64,000 nt of DNA from Phycisphaerae bacterium (GTDB taxonomy: Bacteria; Planctomycetota; Phycisphaerae; UBA1845; PWPN01), in contig JAGNEZ010000008.1 of NCBI GenBank assembly GCA_018003015.1, positions 97,599-161,598 on the forward strand. Reading direction: 5' to 3'. The stretch's first letter is position 1. Each line of letters opens with the position of its first letter. Both the position numbers and the translations under genes were made by a program. Shown piece after piece: positions 1 to 10,471 of this stretch. The notes beneath the pieces were generated by a model. The model ran no database searches and was not told the DNA's origin. It saw only the letters and a program-made list of their open reading frames with translations.

Positions 1-394
1 TACCGATGAGCCCGGTGGTGTAACCCGCTCGTTTCATCAGGTGCGCGACGGTAAACGCGTCGGCCGGCATCGGCGTCTGGCCCTCGGGTTTGACCTCCTT
101 GTTTCCGCGAATGGCCGCGTGTCCGGTGTGCAGACCGGTCATCAGACAACATCGCGACGGAGCACACACCGTGCTGCCCGCATAGGCCTGGGTGAAGCGC
201 ATGCCCTCGGAAGCGAGGCGGTCGATGTTGGGAGTCTTGATCAGTTTCTGGCCAAAACACCCCAGGTCGCCGTAACCGAGGTCGTCGGCCAGGATGAAAA
301 TGACGTTGGGTTTCACGTCAACGGCCAGTATCGGAGGCCCGCTCAGCCCTGCCCACAGTAGTCCAAGAACCGTAGCAAGTTTGGGTGTCATCAT
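1..394 (-). CDS. Formylglycine-dependent (aryl)sulfatase. Only the N-terminal ~131 aa are present; the gene runs off the left edge
   Basis: Not in the ORF track because there is no stop in the window. Own translation from ATG 394-392: [92 protein letters not shown]... It shows a signal peptide, the ADDLGYGD metal-site block and the C-x-P-S-R formylglycine motif (CAPSR). Confidence 0.9.
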   Translation of the reverse strand, partial: MMTPKLATVLGLLWAGLSGPPILAVDVKPNVIFILADDLGYGDLGCFGQKLIKTPNIDRLASEGMRFTQAYAGSTVCAPSRCCLMTGLHTGHAAIRGNKEVKPEGQTPMPADAFTVAHLMKRAGYTTGLIG

Positions 395-605
395 CCGGCA
401 CTTTTCCCAATTGGGCGAACGCGCTCCTTTGCCGGCTGCTTGGAGCATATTGTATCCAGGACGGTGGCGAGACGACACCCTGGTCATCCGATGCGGGGCT
501 ATTCCTCCGGCTTTCACCCGGCGCGATGCGGCAGAAGAAACGCTCGAAGCTGGATAAGAACGGGCGTATTTCCCAGGGCCGTGATGAGGCTGCGGAGGGC
601 CGAAG

Positions 606-974
606 CTAGCCGACGCCGCTCACTAGCTCGACGTCCGGGCTGTCCATCGTCACAGGCCGCCGGCTCTCTCTGAACTTGAGGGTCACAGTCTCCCGCTGCT
701 CCGCCAGGTTCCACAGCAACACGGCTCGCACCGCTGGATACCATGCGCACACCACGGCCTTGTCCTCCTCCACAAAGGGGATATCGCCCAAGCGAGGCAA
801 GAGTCTCCGCTTCAGATCGAACAGTTCGCGCAGCGAGTCTCTCACGGCTTCATCGTGCGATCCTTTCGATTGATATGTCCTACCAACGTTCACTCGGGTC
901 GAGTGCGGCCACTTTCGACGTAGTTCCCTTGGCCCCGGCCTCTGGCCGGGGAGGTGTGTGCGTTTCGCCTTCAC
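606..974 (-). pseudogene. Small ORF, possibly a decayed C-terminal beta-sandwich fragment of a glycoside hydrolase
   Basis: 122-aa ORF. Its GTG start overlaps the stop of the upstream 938-aa gene (GTGA at 974-971). The tail ...AVVCAWYPAVRAVLLWNLAEQRETVTLKF resembles GH C-terminal domains. The N-terminal part is basic and low-complexity. Confidence 0.3.
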
Positions 975-3787
975 TCGGCCGACTTCATACGCAGGTATCC
1001 CATCTTCCGCGGGTTGAAGCCGCTCAGGGCCAGGCGATACTTGCCAAGGTCCGATTCGTCCATGCCCGTGGGCCAGTTGTCCGCAACAAGGCGGCTATTG
1101 AAGATGTTGAAGGCATACGCGCGGCCCGACGGATCGAGGAGCAACAGGCCCTCCGACGGAATACGCATAGTTATACCATGCGCGCCATCAGGCGTGGTGT
1201 AGGATTCGACCCCCAGGCCGATCTCGCGGGAATCTGATACGGTCCCTTGCGTCGAGAAGTTGATCTCCCAATAGTGGGCGGTCATGAACGGATCGCAGAG
1301 GTACACAGTAAAGGACCCCGGCGCCTTCGAGGCCTTCATTTCGACGCGAAGCACGAGGCTACCGTTGTCGGACTCGGCCTGCCACCGGTACGTCCTGCAA
1401 TCGGTCCACCCTGACCCGCAGGCGTACACCGCGCGTCCTTCGGCGAACCGCGACACCTGCTTCCCGGCTGCGAATGCGGCCCGGTATTCGGGAAACTCTG
1501 TCGCCAGCAGGTCGTTCAGCACTGCGACACGCCACTTCAACCGCGTGCCGCAATACTGGTGCCGCTCAGCCTCGGAATGGAATCCCAGGCGAGAATCCGC
1601 GGTACAGAGCACATCCAACCGTTGACTGTTCTGGATCTCCTGGCGGACGATAGCTTCCATCGCCGCCAGGTGCCGCAGCGCATCCGCCGGGAGCAGATCG
1701 AACAGACGGCCACGCATCAGGTAGAAGTTCAGCATATTGTGTGCGCTTGCGAATTGGATGCCAATCGCCTCCGTCAGCCCGATGTCGAGCATGCGCTCGC
1801 GGTTTCCCCGGATACCAGGTTCGAGCGATTTCAGAATGGCGACACCCTTGTCCCATTCTCCCGACATCTTCCGTGACAGAATGACGGCTTCGGGGAGGCT
1901 GTGGTTGTCCAGCGCCTCACCGATGGCGTCGCCGCTGGGACCACCGACCAGCCAGGTGGGCTGCAGAGGCTTGAGCGCCGGCTTCAGGTGCAGCGGCCAG
2001 ACAGGCGTCGCATGCATCGGCCCCCACCATTGAAATCGTGTCGAGAGCGGGAAATGCTGAAACCCTTCTGCGAAGTGTTTCCATGCTCGCACGACCTTTT
2101 CCGCGTTGAGGCCCCATTCTGCGCGGGCCAGCGTCCGCAGGAAGTCGTCTTCCGTTCCCGAGAAGTCCTCGAATGCCAGCCGCCCGGCAGCGCGGTTCAT
2201 CACGCCGGGATAGTTCCCAAAGTACCAGCACTGCATCACGGAAGTGATGTTCAGGGCGGGCATTTCCTTGTACTTGCGGTACAGGATCGAGGGCACGGGC
2301 ATGAACGGGATGGTGGCCGATTCGTGCGAACACGCCACCTGGAGCTTCGCAGACATGGGCGTCTTATGGGCCGCCGCCTGCCAGGCAATCCGAGCGAACC
2401 GCTCCGAGGGGCCGACAAACGACAACCAGTAGTCGCCGCCCACACGCGGGCGGTCCAATTGGTACTTGACCGCTCCGGACTCGAAGTTCACCTGCAGCGT
2501 CACATCCTTGGGCATGTGGGCGCCCAGCTCATACACCCATGGGGCGAGCGGTCTCCACGCCGGCATGTAGAGCCAGCAGATGTACTCCGCGTTGGGATCC
2601 CCCTCCTTGATTCCCCTTGCCATCGCGCCCTGGCCTGCCGCCAGGGTCTGCCAGTTCGGCACTCGGGAGCAGCGCGGACAATCCGGTCGCCGATCCACCT
2701 CGGCTCCCATCGAATCGAGACAGGAGGTGCCGTGCTCGCCGAGCGATATGTTGATCACGCCGCCCAGCCCCCGCACGCGGGAGAAGATCGAGTGGGTCGA
2801 TTCATAGATGAACTTCTGGCTGGCTTCGGAATTCGGGCAAACGTAACGACGGTAGGGCCAGCCCGCGCCAGCCAACTCGGGATGCGCCTCGAGCATGGGA
2901 TCGTCCGCCGAGTAGAATCCCACCGGCTCGTTCGTGTAGAGCCAGACCTTGATTCCATAGCCGGCACACTTGTCGACGGTCTTGCGCAGTTTTGCGAGCC
3001 GCCGCTCCATGTTGGGATCCGCCTTACGGAAGGAGGTCTCTGTGATGTCCTTCCACTCGATGCTCAACCAGAGTCCGTTCACACCCTCGTGCGCCAGGCG
3101 GTTGAGATAGGCATCCGGGTAGTAGTCGACGTCGTCCATCAGTTCGTCACGATTCAGCGGGGGACGCTTAATCGGACCGAAGAAGCACCGTGTGATGCGG
3201 TGCCTCAGCCAGGGCTTTTTCAGGATGACCCCGGGGTTGAGGAAGGGGCCGTCCGCGGTGGCGATCATCTCCTCGAGGTGGAAGATCGCGCGCCGGATGC
3301 CCTCGGTATCCCCGGCCAGCAGCCGGATGCCCGAGGGCGAGACCTCAATGGAGTAGGACTCCGGGACGTTCATCGCCACCTTCTCGGTCGTGACGGGAAG
3401 CCCGCCCTCTCCGGCGAGTTTCGCGAAGGCCATGAAGCTCTCGAGGTCGGCATACGCCGTTTTCAGGATGCCCTTCTCGTCGGGAAAGCCCCGGTTCACG
3501 GTCACGCCGGCGCGCAGGTTGATCTGGCCTGGCTGGGGTGAACTTCCATCCTTCCAGAACAGTATGAACGGAAGCGGCTTCTTCAGATCCTCGACAAACC
3601 CCCAACTCTCCTCGCCCGGAGGCGCCGGCCATGTCGAGTCGATTGTACGCATGGAAGCGGGCTGCTTCACGTCCTCGGCAGCGGAACCGCCCGCCGCGAG
3701 CAGTACGACGGCCGTCAATGCGAATAGGCTTGTCCAATGGGCCCCAACCACGCACATCCTCAGCAAGGGAAACAGCTGTTTCGACAT
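971..3787 (-). CDS. Secreted large glycoside-hydrolase-like protein (TIM-barrel type, family unassigned)
   Basis: 946-aa ORF. The preferred start is MSKQLFPLL at 3787, preceded by GAGGGAGGA with 6-nt spacing. It has a signal peptide (LFALTAVVLLAAGGSAAE). Blocks such as GIRRAIFHLEEM and NGLWLSIEWKDI...KVWLYTNEP are typical of a GH20b-like N-domain plus catalytic barrel. The architecture is similar to the neighbouring 761-aa protein. Confidence 0.75.
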   Translation of the reverse strand: MSKQLFPLLRMCVVGAHWTSLFALTAVVLLAAGGSAAEDVKQPASMRTIDSTWPAPPGEESWGFVEDLKKPLPFILFWKDGSSPQPGQINLRAGVTVNRGFPDEKGILKTAYADLESFMAFAKLAGEGGLPVTTEKVAMNVPESYSIEVSPSGIRLLAGDTEGIRRAIFHLEEMIATADGPFLNPGVILKKPWLRHRITRCFFGPIKRPPLNRDELMDDVDYYPDAYLNRLAHEGVNGLWLSIEWKDITETSFRKADPNMERRLAKLRKTVDKCAGYGIKVWLYTNEPVGFYSADDPMLEAHPELAGAGWPYRRYVCPNSEASQKFIYESTHSIFSRVRGLGGVINISLGEHGTSCLDSMGAEVDRRPDCPRCSRVPNWQTLAAGQGAMARGIKEGDPNAEYICWLYMPAWRPLAPWVYELGAHMPKDVTLQVNFESGAVKYQLDRPRVGGDYWLSFVGPSERFARIAWQAAAHKTPMSAKLQVACSHESATIPFMPVPSILYRKYKEMPALNITSVMQCWYFGNYPGVMNRAAGRLAFEDFSGTEDDFLRTLARAEWGLNAEKVVRAWKHFAEGFQHFPLSTRFQWWGPMHATPVWPLHLKPALKPLQPTWLVGGPSGDAIGEALDNHSLPEAVILSRKMSGEWDKGVAILKSLEPGIRGNRERMLDIGLTEAIGIQFASAHNMLNFYLMRGRLFDLLPADALRHLAAMEAIVRQEIQNSQRLDVLCTADSRLGFHSEAERHQYCGTRLKWRVAVLNDLLATEFPEYRAAFAAGKQVSRFAEGRAVYACGSGWTDCRTYRWQAESDNGSLVLRVEMKASKAPGSFTVYLCDPFMTAHYWEINFSTQGTVSDSREIGLGVESYTTPDGAHGITMRIPSEGLLLLDPSGRAYAFNIFNSRLVADNWPTGMDESDLGKYRLALSGFNPRKMGYLRMKSAE

Positions 3788-3800
3788 CGCGGGTCCTCCC

Positions 3801-6086
3801 TCATAAACCATGCTGCTGCCGATACGCGGGAATCTGGCGATCCAGCGTGTCGTCGATCAGTTTGAGTTTTTCTTCGATCGTATCCGGCGTGTAGATGTAG
3901 TCCTGTTCCCACTCGTAGCCGAGCCGCGAGTCGCGGCGAGCGGCCTCGCGGGACGACGCAGTGCGCTCGCGTTCTTCATGCAACAACGCGGTCATCGCCT
4001 GCAACAGATCTCGCTTCTCCGCCGCAACTGAAGCCTTTGCCAAGGTTAGCCGCAGACCTTCGAACTGGATAACGGCATGCTCGCTGCGCATCATCCGCTG
4101 CAACTGTTCGGCCAGGAGCACCTCGCGAAACGCCACCTTCTGCTTGGCCGCCGGGGCGTGCAGCGCGGCCTGACGATAGCTTTGCAGCCCTTGCTCCATG
4201 CGATCCGCAGACAACTGGAGGTATTTCTGAAAGACGTCAACGCTGAAGAAACCGACATAGTCCTCAGCCGCGTTGCGGCGGTTACTGAAGTCGGGCCAGA
4301 AGATCAGGCGGCTGGGCACATACGGCCAGCAGGGATTCAGTTGGGACCGACTGCTCCACTGCTGCTGATCCGACCAGGAGTGGTCGAGCGTCATGGCCCG
4401 CGGCTTGGGTTTGGAGAAAAACAGGGGCGCGGCCAGCGCGTTGCAGCTACCCCAGTTCGGCCCTGTGTCGGGGTATACCTGGATGGCCTCGCTGAAGTGT
4501 TTCCACGCCGCAAGCACGGCGTCTTCGCTGCCCGCGCCGAATTCGCGCCGCGCGATTTGCCTCAGCAGGTCGTCCAAGGGAGGCGCATCGCTCCAGGCAT
4601 ACCAGGCGCGCATTTCTGCCACCCAGTTCGGCTTGAAACCATAACTCCAGGTCTCCAGCGCGCCGGCGATCTTCCACTCCTCCATCGCCTGGTAGCGCGC
4701 ATACCACTGGTACGGGAAGGGCAAGTAGGGAAACGTGCCGAACTGCCAACTGGCGAAGGTGTCCGCCTTGGAGTAGATGGCGCGGAAGTTACGCTTGCGG
4801 GCCTCCAGAAGTTGGGCCTGTGTAACCTCGGCCGGCCCAACCTGATTGATGGCATAGTCGCGCAGATAGCCCTTCTGGCCGTCGAGTTCGAAGCTCTTTC
4901 CATTTTCGAAGGTCAGCAGCGGAATCGTCGATTCCGGCAACTGCGTCATGACATAGGCCTTGGTGGCCGCCTGGTCCGGGCTGAAGGCGACGTTGTACTC
5001 CCACGGTAAGATCTCCACCTTGGGGTTGACTTTGTGTGCCTCATCGGCGGCAATGCGCACGGCCGTCGCCCACTCGCGCACCCAGGCGCGCAAGTCCTCA
5101 TCGCCCTGTCCGCCCGCGCCGAACCAGTTCTTGTAGAAGAACCCCTCGGTCAACAGCACGTACCCGCGAATCTCGGGAAACTCGGTGACAATCTCGCGGA
5201 CCAGCCTGCGCAAACCCTCAGCGCTTTCCGGCGTACCCGTGTACTGGTACAGAATCGGCGCGTAGCAGTCGAGACCGAAACGAGCCGTGCGACGGAGAAG
5301 GTCCTTCATCGCGCCCGGTTTGTGTCGGCGCATGTCGGCATCGCTCCAATAGGGTTCCGGGCCGGGCGTGTTGTTTGGGTTGCGATAGATCGAGCAATGG
5401 ATCGCATCGAAGCCGTACAGCGGCAACGCGGCCAGATACCGGTCGGGCCACTCCATCCAGCCGAGCCCCGAAAGGGTCATGCGGGCCTGGTACAAGCCGT
5501 GCCGGACCGTGTTCAGATTCCTGGGCAGATAAGGCCCTTCCCGCAAGCTGAACCGCATCATCAAGTTGTAGAGGCCGTACATCGCCCCGCGCTCATCAAA
5601 GCCGCACACGGCGATCGCGTTACCGGAGACCCTGATCTGGTAGTCTCTGGCGGCGTTCAGTTGGTCGCCGCAACCGAGCATCTTGTCGCGGGCCGCCGCA
5701 ACGACGACCTGCCGGCGGTTACGCCAATCACCGAGTTGCGCCGGGCGATTCACCGCGACCTGCGTGTGCATCGCGTCCTTCAGATAACGCTGAAGCTCCT
5801 CGCTCGCGGTGACCAATGGGGCCGAGGCATCGGCTGGAATCTCGATGCTCCAGCCGGCGCCAATTTCGATCTCATCCGCGCGAGGACGCGTCTGGGGATC
5901 TCGAGGGCGGGGAGGCAAGCCCTCGGTATACTGGCGGAGAAACTCGTAAGACTCCTCCACCTCGAGCACCGGAAGTACGGTGGCTTCGAACTGCTTCGCG
6001 AAGACCTGTCCGCGGGCAATCCCGGTGATGACCAGGCTGGTCAAGAGGATCGTGCAGCAAACCCAACCGTTGAAAGCCGTCTTCAT
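3801..6086 (-). CDS. Secreted glycoside-hydrolase-like protein (family unassigned)
   Basis: 761-aa ORF with signal peptide MKTAFNGWVCCTILLTSLVITGIARGQ. The block IAVCGFDERGAMYGLYNLMMRF is typical of the N-domain of GH20/GH67/DUF4838-type enzymes. A barrel-like region follows (IRGYVLLTEGFFYKNW). It lies 30 nt downstream of rhaT and 13 nt upstream of the next gene. Confidence 0.75.
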   Translation of the reverse strand: MKTAFNGWVCCTILLTSLVITGIARGQVFAKQFEATVLPVLEVEESYEFLRQYTEGLPPRPRDPQTRPRADEIEIGAGWSIEIPADASAPLVTASEELQRYLKDAMHTQVAVNRPAQLGDWRNRRQVVVAAARDKMLGCGDQLNAARDYQIRVSGNAIAVCGFDERGAMYGLYNLMMRFSLREGPYLPRNLNTVRHGLYQARMTLSGLGWMEWPDRYLAALPLYGFDAIHCSIYRNPNNTPGPEPYWSDADMRRHKPGAMKDLLRRTARFGLDCYAPILYQYTGTPESAEGLRRLVREIVTEFPEIRGYVLLTEGFFYKNWFGAGGQGDEDLRAWVREWATAVRIAADEAHKVNPKVEILPWEYNVAFSPDQAATKAYVMTQLPESTIPLLTFENGKSFELDGQKGYLRDYAINQVGPAEVTQAQLLEARKRNFRAIYSKADTFASWQFGTFPYLPFPYQWYARYQAMEEWKIAGALETWSYGFKPNWVAEMRAWYAWSDAPPLDDLLRQIARREFGAGSEDAVLAAWKHFSEAIQVYPDTGPNWGSCNALAAPLFFSKPKPRAMTLDHSWSDQQQWSSRSQLNPCWPYVPSRLIFWPDFSNRRNAAEDYVGFFSVDVFQKYLQLSADRMEQGLQSYRQAALHAPAAKQKVAFREVLLAEQLQRMMRSEHAVIQFEGLRLTLAKASVAAEKRDLLQAMTALLHEERERTASSREAARRDSRLGYEWEQDYIYTPDTIEEKLKLIDDTLDRQIPAYRQQHGL

Positions 6087-6116
6087 GGTTAATCCCCGGC
6101 AAAGCGGTCGAACGAG

Positions 6117-7196
6117 CTATTGAGAAATCGAGACAGCCGCCGAGGCGGCGGCATGGCGCTGAGCAAGCCCGTCACCAACGCCGATCATCATGACGGAGAT
6201 GACTAGCATCACGATTCCCAGCCACAGGCACAAACGAGTCCGGGAATCGACCAGCTTCCACTCCTTGAGCAATAGGCCCCACAGATTGCCGAAGATGATG
6301 ATCGCGGCCATGAATATGCTCCAACTGGCGAAGCTGTACTGGCCCATCTTCGTGGCGCCGGTGCCATAGCCGAAGTACTGCCCGTACCACATCAATCCGC
6401 TGATGAGGGCGAGGAAGTAGTTGAGAAAGAGCGTGCTTCGAGGCTGCGCGACATAGTCGCCGAAACGTTTGTTCTTCGCCGTCACGATCATGGTGGAGAT
6501 GAAGTTCGTCGTGAATCCGCCCGCCAACGCCAGAACCAGGATGGGCATGTTCTTGAAGACCTCCTGCGTGCCAGAGCGGACGGCCTCAGCGGCGATCGGT
6601 TTTCCGGCCGTGAAGGCCAGCGCCATGCTGGCGCTCATGATGCCGCCGAACACGGCGAACGTGAGGCCCTTGACCAGGGCGAAATCCTTGATCGACTCCT
6701 TCTTCTGCTCGTCGGTGAGGCGCTGCTCCTTGAGTACTCCCGCATAGCCGCACAGGGCAATGCCAGCCAGGCATACCAGGAACCCGAGCAGCACAACGGC
6801 ACCCGGAACCGTGGAGATCAGGAGGGCGAGTTTCTGGTCGAGCATTGCAGGCACCAATGTGCCGACAATCGCGCAGACGCCGAGCGAAATGGATTGCCCG
6901 AGCGAGAGACCAAGGTGACGCAGGGCCAGTCCACACATCAGCCCACCGAAGCCCCACAGAGCGCCAAACACATACGCCCCAACCAGGCTGCTCGCGCTGC
7001 TGGCGCGGAGGATGCCGGCCAGATTCGACGTGGTCAGTCCCCCCCCAACCGTGGGCATGATCACCCAGGCAACGAATCCGAGTGTGATCCAGTAGGTTTC
7101 CCAGGACCATTTCTTGATCTTGTGCGAGGGGACATAGAAGCTGGCCGCAGAAAGGCCGCCGAGCGAAAGCAGGATGGTCCCGACGATCTGTTCCAT
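6117..7196 (-). CDS. rhaT: L-rhamnose/H+ symporter family transporter
   Basis: 359 aa, polytopic membrane protein (about 10 hydrophobic segments). The N-terminus MEQIVGTILLSLGGLSAASFYVPSHKIKKWSWETYW matches RhaT-family proteins as I recall them. Confidence 0.8.
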   Translation of the reverse strand: MEQIVGTILLSLGGLSAASFYVPSHKIKKWSWETYWITLGFVAWVIMPTVGGGLTTSNLAGILRASSASSLVGAYVFGALWGFGGLMCGLALRHLGLSLGQSISLGVCAIVGTLVPAMLDQKLALLISTVPGAVVLLGFLVCLAGIALCGYAGVLKEQRLTDEQKKESIKDFALVKGLTFAVFGGIMSASMALAFTAGKPIAAEAVRSGTQEVFKNMPILVLALAGGFTTNFISTMIVTAKNKRFGDYVAQPRSTLFLNYFLALISGLMWYGQYFGYGTGATKMGQYSFASWSIFMAAIIIFGNLWGLLLKEWKLVDSRTRLCLWLGIVMLVISVMMIGVGDGLAQRHAAASAAVSISQ

Positions 7197-7351
7197 GTGG
7201 TTACCTTTCCGTGTCGTTCATCTTTGGCCGGTCGAGTCGCGCAGACTAGATTCGAATAAATCGCGTGCTCACGGTGACGCTCATTTCTGTATTGGGCCGG
7301 ATGATCGCGGGGCATCCCCCCACGGCTTCGATCTCCATGAACCTGGCCGTA

Positions 7352-8284
7352 TCACAGTAAGTACTCCGCCGCCAGCTCCTTGGCCGTGACGAACCGGCCG
7401 CCTCGCTCTCTGAACATGGCACACATGCGGTCGAGTTGCTTGAGGGCCTTCGGGCCGCAATTCTTGACAATGAACGGCAACGGCCTCACGCTGCTTTCCC
7501 CGAAGTCGAGCGCGCCCTGCGGCATCGGATGGAACTCCCACGGGTGGAGGTAGAGACAAACGACCGGCCGCTTCCCCCGGGCCTGAACATACTCAATGAA
7601 GCGGTCGGCCTTTTGCATCAGAAACTCGGCGGACTCGGTTCGGAAGACGGGCCATTGGTCGCGATCGCGCTGATACGGATCGTTGCTCACCATGCTGAGA
7701 TCGCAGAAATTGGGAATTTCCACGATCCGCATCCGGCCCGGCCTTGTCCAGTCCTTTGCAGATGGGTGATAGGGAACGAACGGCTTCTGGTAGAAGTACA
7801 ACGGGAAGGAGGCATCGGCCCGATAGCCCAACTTCTCCAGCACGTTGAGCACCTTGGTGCTGCCCCAGAGGCGAGGGCACCGGAAGCTCGTGGGGCGGAG
7901 GCCGCTCACTTCACGCACGATCCGCGTGGCCTCGCGCAACCGGCCTTCCACCTCCGAGGGCAAGATGGGCCAGTTGTTGGGCAGAGGGAAGATCGGATCG
8001 CCCAGAGTCTCGTGATAGAGTCCGTGACAACCCGTTTCGTGGCCAGCATCGCGAACACGGTGGACCACGTCGGGGTTGTTCTCCGCCGCATGGCCCGTCC
8101 AGAAGAACGTGGCCTGGATGTCGTGCTTCCTGAGCAGTTCCAGCAGGCGCGGAGTGCCGCGTTTAACCCCTTCGTAAAAGGGCGTGAAGGAACCGATGTC
8201 GGTCTCCATATCGAACCCGAAGACGACGTCGAACGCGTGGTCCACAACGCCCGGCGATGGCCTGCGTGGCTTCATCTTCTTCAT
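7352..8284 (-). CDS. Polysaccharide deacetylase (CE4/NodB-type)
   Basis: 310 aa with NodB-like blocks FGFDMETD, ATFFWTGH, CHGLYHE and FRCPRLW. Confidence 0.8.
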   Translation of the reverse strand: MKKMKPRRPSPGVVDHAFDVVFGFDMETDIGSFTPFYEGVKRGTPRLLELLRKHDIQATFFWTGHAAENNPDVVHRVRDAGHETGCHGLYHETLGDPIFPLPNNWPILPSEVEGRLREATRIVREVSGLRPTSFRCPRLWGSTKVLNVLEKLGYRADASFPLYFYQKPFVPYHPSAKDWTRPGRMRIVEIPNFCDLSMVSNDPYQRDRDQWPVFRTESAEFLMQKADRFIEYVQARGKRPVVCLYLHPWEFHPMPQGALDFGESSVRPLPFIVKNCGPKALKQLDRMCAMFRERGGRFVTAKELAAEYLL

Positions 8285-8334
8285 GTTGATTGATCCTCAA
8301 GAGGGATTCCGTTGGCTCAACTTGGTTCTTCGCA

Positions 8335-9507
8335 CTACACACCGATCTCAAAGATCTTGCCGATCGGCTGTGACAACAGCTCAGCACGGTCTTTGCGGAT
8401 CGCAATGCCCGTCTCCCAACGAATGCCGAATTCCTGGGCCGAGACGAAGGTGTCGACCTGGAACGTCATGTTTTCCGCGAGATGGTAGTTCGAGATGCTC
8501 TCCATCCACGGCGATTCGACCTCGATCAGTCCCGTCCCGTGGCAGGGACCGTACAAGTAGTTGTCATAGTACCCGCGTTTCTTGAAGAGCTCGATGTATT
8601 CTTTGGCGACGTCGGCCGCTACGACGCCCGCCTTCAACTGGTCATAAGTCCAGCGATGGGCCTCCAGGCCGAAATCGACGATTTCCTTCTTGCGGCCGGT
8701 CAGGCGGCCCATGCTGACGGGCATGCCGATGCTGGGTGAATAGCCGTCCACTTTGGCCGACAGATTCAACTGAACGATATCGCCCTTCTGGATCTCTCGA
8801 TACGTGGATCGTGAAATCGCGTGGCGAGTGGACTTCTCGCTGAATACGTACATGGGAAGCCCCTCGTACTCCGCCCCGTTTTCATAGATGGTCTTCTGGG
8901 CGATTCCGACCAACTGCAATTCCGTCATGCCGGGCTGAATGTGATGAATGACTTCCCGCGTGGCGATTTCGGTAATCCGCAGGCCCTCGCGAATGCAGGC
9001 GATCTCGTTTTCCGACTTGATGCTGCGCAGCGCGACCATCACGTCGTCGGCGCGTACGATCTCCGCTTCGGGGTAGCACTCCTTCAAGCCGGCCAGTTGA
9101 ATAGGATTGCTAACCAGGTATCCGCCGATGCCGATCTTCAGCCGCTTGCCCTGGACGCCGATCGACTTGAACGCGTCGGTGAACGTCGACGCCTGCAGTT
9201 CCGGGTAGGCGGGGTCCGCGGATTCGCGGTACTCCATCAACTGAAAGATATTCTGAATCATGCTCCGATCAGAGGAGTATTTCAGACTCTCCGGGCCCAC
9301 CATCAGCGCCGCTCTGCCCAGAGGACTGATGGCCACGCCCGCCGTCTCGAACAATGGCCAGAAGTTGGAGAAGTAGCGCACATTCGCGTAGTCCGCTTCG
9401 TTCGAATTGGCCACGAGGACGTCGAGACCGCGCTGCTGAACGAGCGCGGCCGCTTTCTGAACGCGTTGCTGGTATTCCGCCTCGGGAATGCACACACGTT
9501 GGTCCAT
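8335..9507 (-). CDS. M24-family metallopeptidase (Xaa-Pro aminopeptidase/creatinase-like)
   Basis: C-terminal 390 aa of the 711-aa track ORF. The real start MDQRVCIPEAEYQQRVQKAAALVQQRGLDVLVANS is at ATG 9507-9505, preceded by TAGGAGAG. It has a creatinase-like N-domain and a pita-bread C-domain (GYSPSIGMPV..., GPCHGTGLIEVESP). Confidence 0.85.
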   Translation of the reverse strand: MDQRVCIPEAEYQQRVQKAAALVQQRGLDVLVANSNEADYANVRYFSNFWPLFETAGVAISPLGRAALMVGPESLKYSSDRSMIQNIFQLMEYRESADPAYPELQASTFTDAFKSIGVQGKRLKIGIGGYLVSNPIQLAGLKECYPEAEIVRADDVMVALRSIKSENEIACIREGLRITEIATREVIHHIQPGMTELQLVGIAQKTIYENGAEYEGLPMYVFSEKSTRHAISRSTYREIQKGDIVQLNLSAKVDGYSPSIGMPVSMGRLTGRKKEIVDFGLEAHRWTYDQLKAGVVAADVAKEYIELFKKRGYYDNYLYGPCHGTGLIEVESPWMESISNYHLAENMTFQVDTFVSAQEFGIRWETGIAIRKDRAELLSQPIGKIFEIGV

Positions 9508-9639
9508 GTTGTTCTCTCCTATCGATTTTGACTTGCTCCCAAGCATGGTACCACCTGATATGTTGGTCCGTCGAGCCCGAGAGTGGCCTTGGTGTCGGTC
9601 TTCTTCTCGGTGCCTTCCGGTTGGAGCTTCTAACCCGGA

Positions 9640-10470
9640 GGCTCGGAGGGTGCGGCCAGCGGTGCCAGCGGGGTTCCAGGCGACCAAAACTGACGATCCG
9701 CCGCAGAAGACCTCGCCGCCCACGGGCTGAGTCACCTCAAATCCAGAACCTGCGGAGACGAACTGGACCGTCACCTCCCCTACTGCCGTCCCGCCGGCGC
9801 CGGCCACATTATCGCGCACAACGAATTCAAACCTGGAGGCGCTTCGGCCGAACTGCGGAAGGTACTCGCCGGCTGTCGTGGTGTTGGTTAGTATGTCGGA
9901 CAATTGCGGAAAGAACCGCTCGCCGGAACCGTTGTGCATGAATACGCCAAACAGCGGTTCGTTTGCCCCGGTGTCCGGTCCCAGTGCCACCGCAGGGCCC
10001 AAGTCGGCCTGTTCCCAGGAGCCGGTCATTCCATCAAAGTCGCCAAAATCCTCATCATCCCACACTCCCAGCAATCGGAACGGCGTGCTCGTGGGGACAA
10101 TCCAGGAACTGGCTGCAAACGGCACCACGACAGGAAGATGGTTCGATGTCGTTTCCGTCGCCCCGCATCCCGCCGCAAGCTTGGCGGCAATTTGGCTGAT
10201 GCTGGAGGAGTTGAACATGGGGTACTTCACACCAATGGTGCCCGTACCGGTCAGGATGTTGTCCGTCCCGCAGGTTCCACCATAGGACATGATGGTGGTC
10301 CCGGAGCCGGGTTCGTAGGCTGTGGCGGGGGTGTACTGGCCGGCTGAGCCACAACTTCCATTGATGCCGTTGAAGGTATGGGTGGCGCCGAGTTGGTGGC
10401 CTATCTCATGGGCAAGCAAATCGATGCTGAACGAGTCCCCGCTAAGGACGGAACTCGCCGAGATGCCCAT
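9640..10470 (-). pseudogene. Metzincin (reprolysin-like) zinc-protease fragment lacking its N-terminus and probably its C-terminus
   Basis: The frame reads ...SFSIDLLAHEIGHQLGATHTFNGINGSCG..., a perfect HExxHxxGxxH motif. A TAG lies two codons upstream of the first residue, and there is no signal peptide or pro-domain. The 3' side runs without a stop into the M24 gene frame. Confidence 0.7.
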
Positions 10471-10471
10471 G

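Noticed and set aside
1901-3541. 546-aa plus-strand ORF
   Set aside because: It lies entirely antisense to the 938-aa GH-like gene. It has the Arg/Gly/Pro/His-rich composition typical of shadow ORFs in GC-rich DNA, and no motifs.
8335-10470. 711-aa ORF that would encode a metalloprotease-aminopeptidase fusion
   Set aside because: The M24 part has its own ATG (9507) with a good RBS and a typical family N-terminus. The upstream in-frame part is a truncated metzincin remnant. The 'fusion' is just an open frame across a pseudogene.
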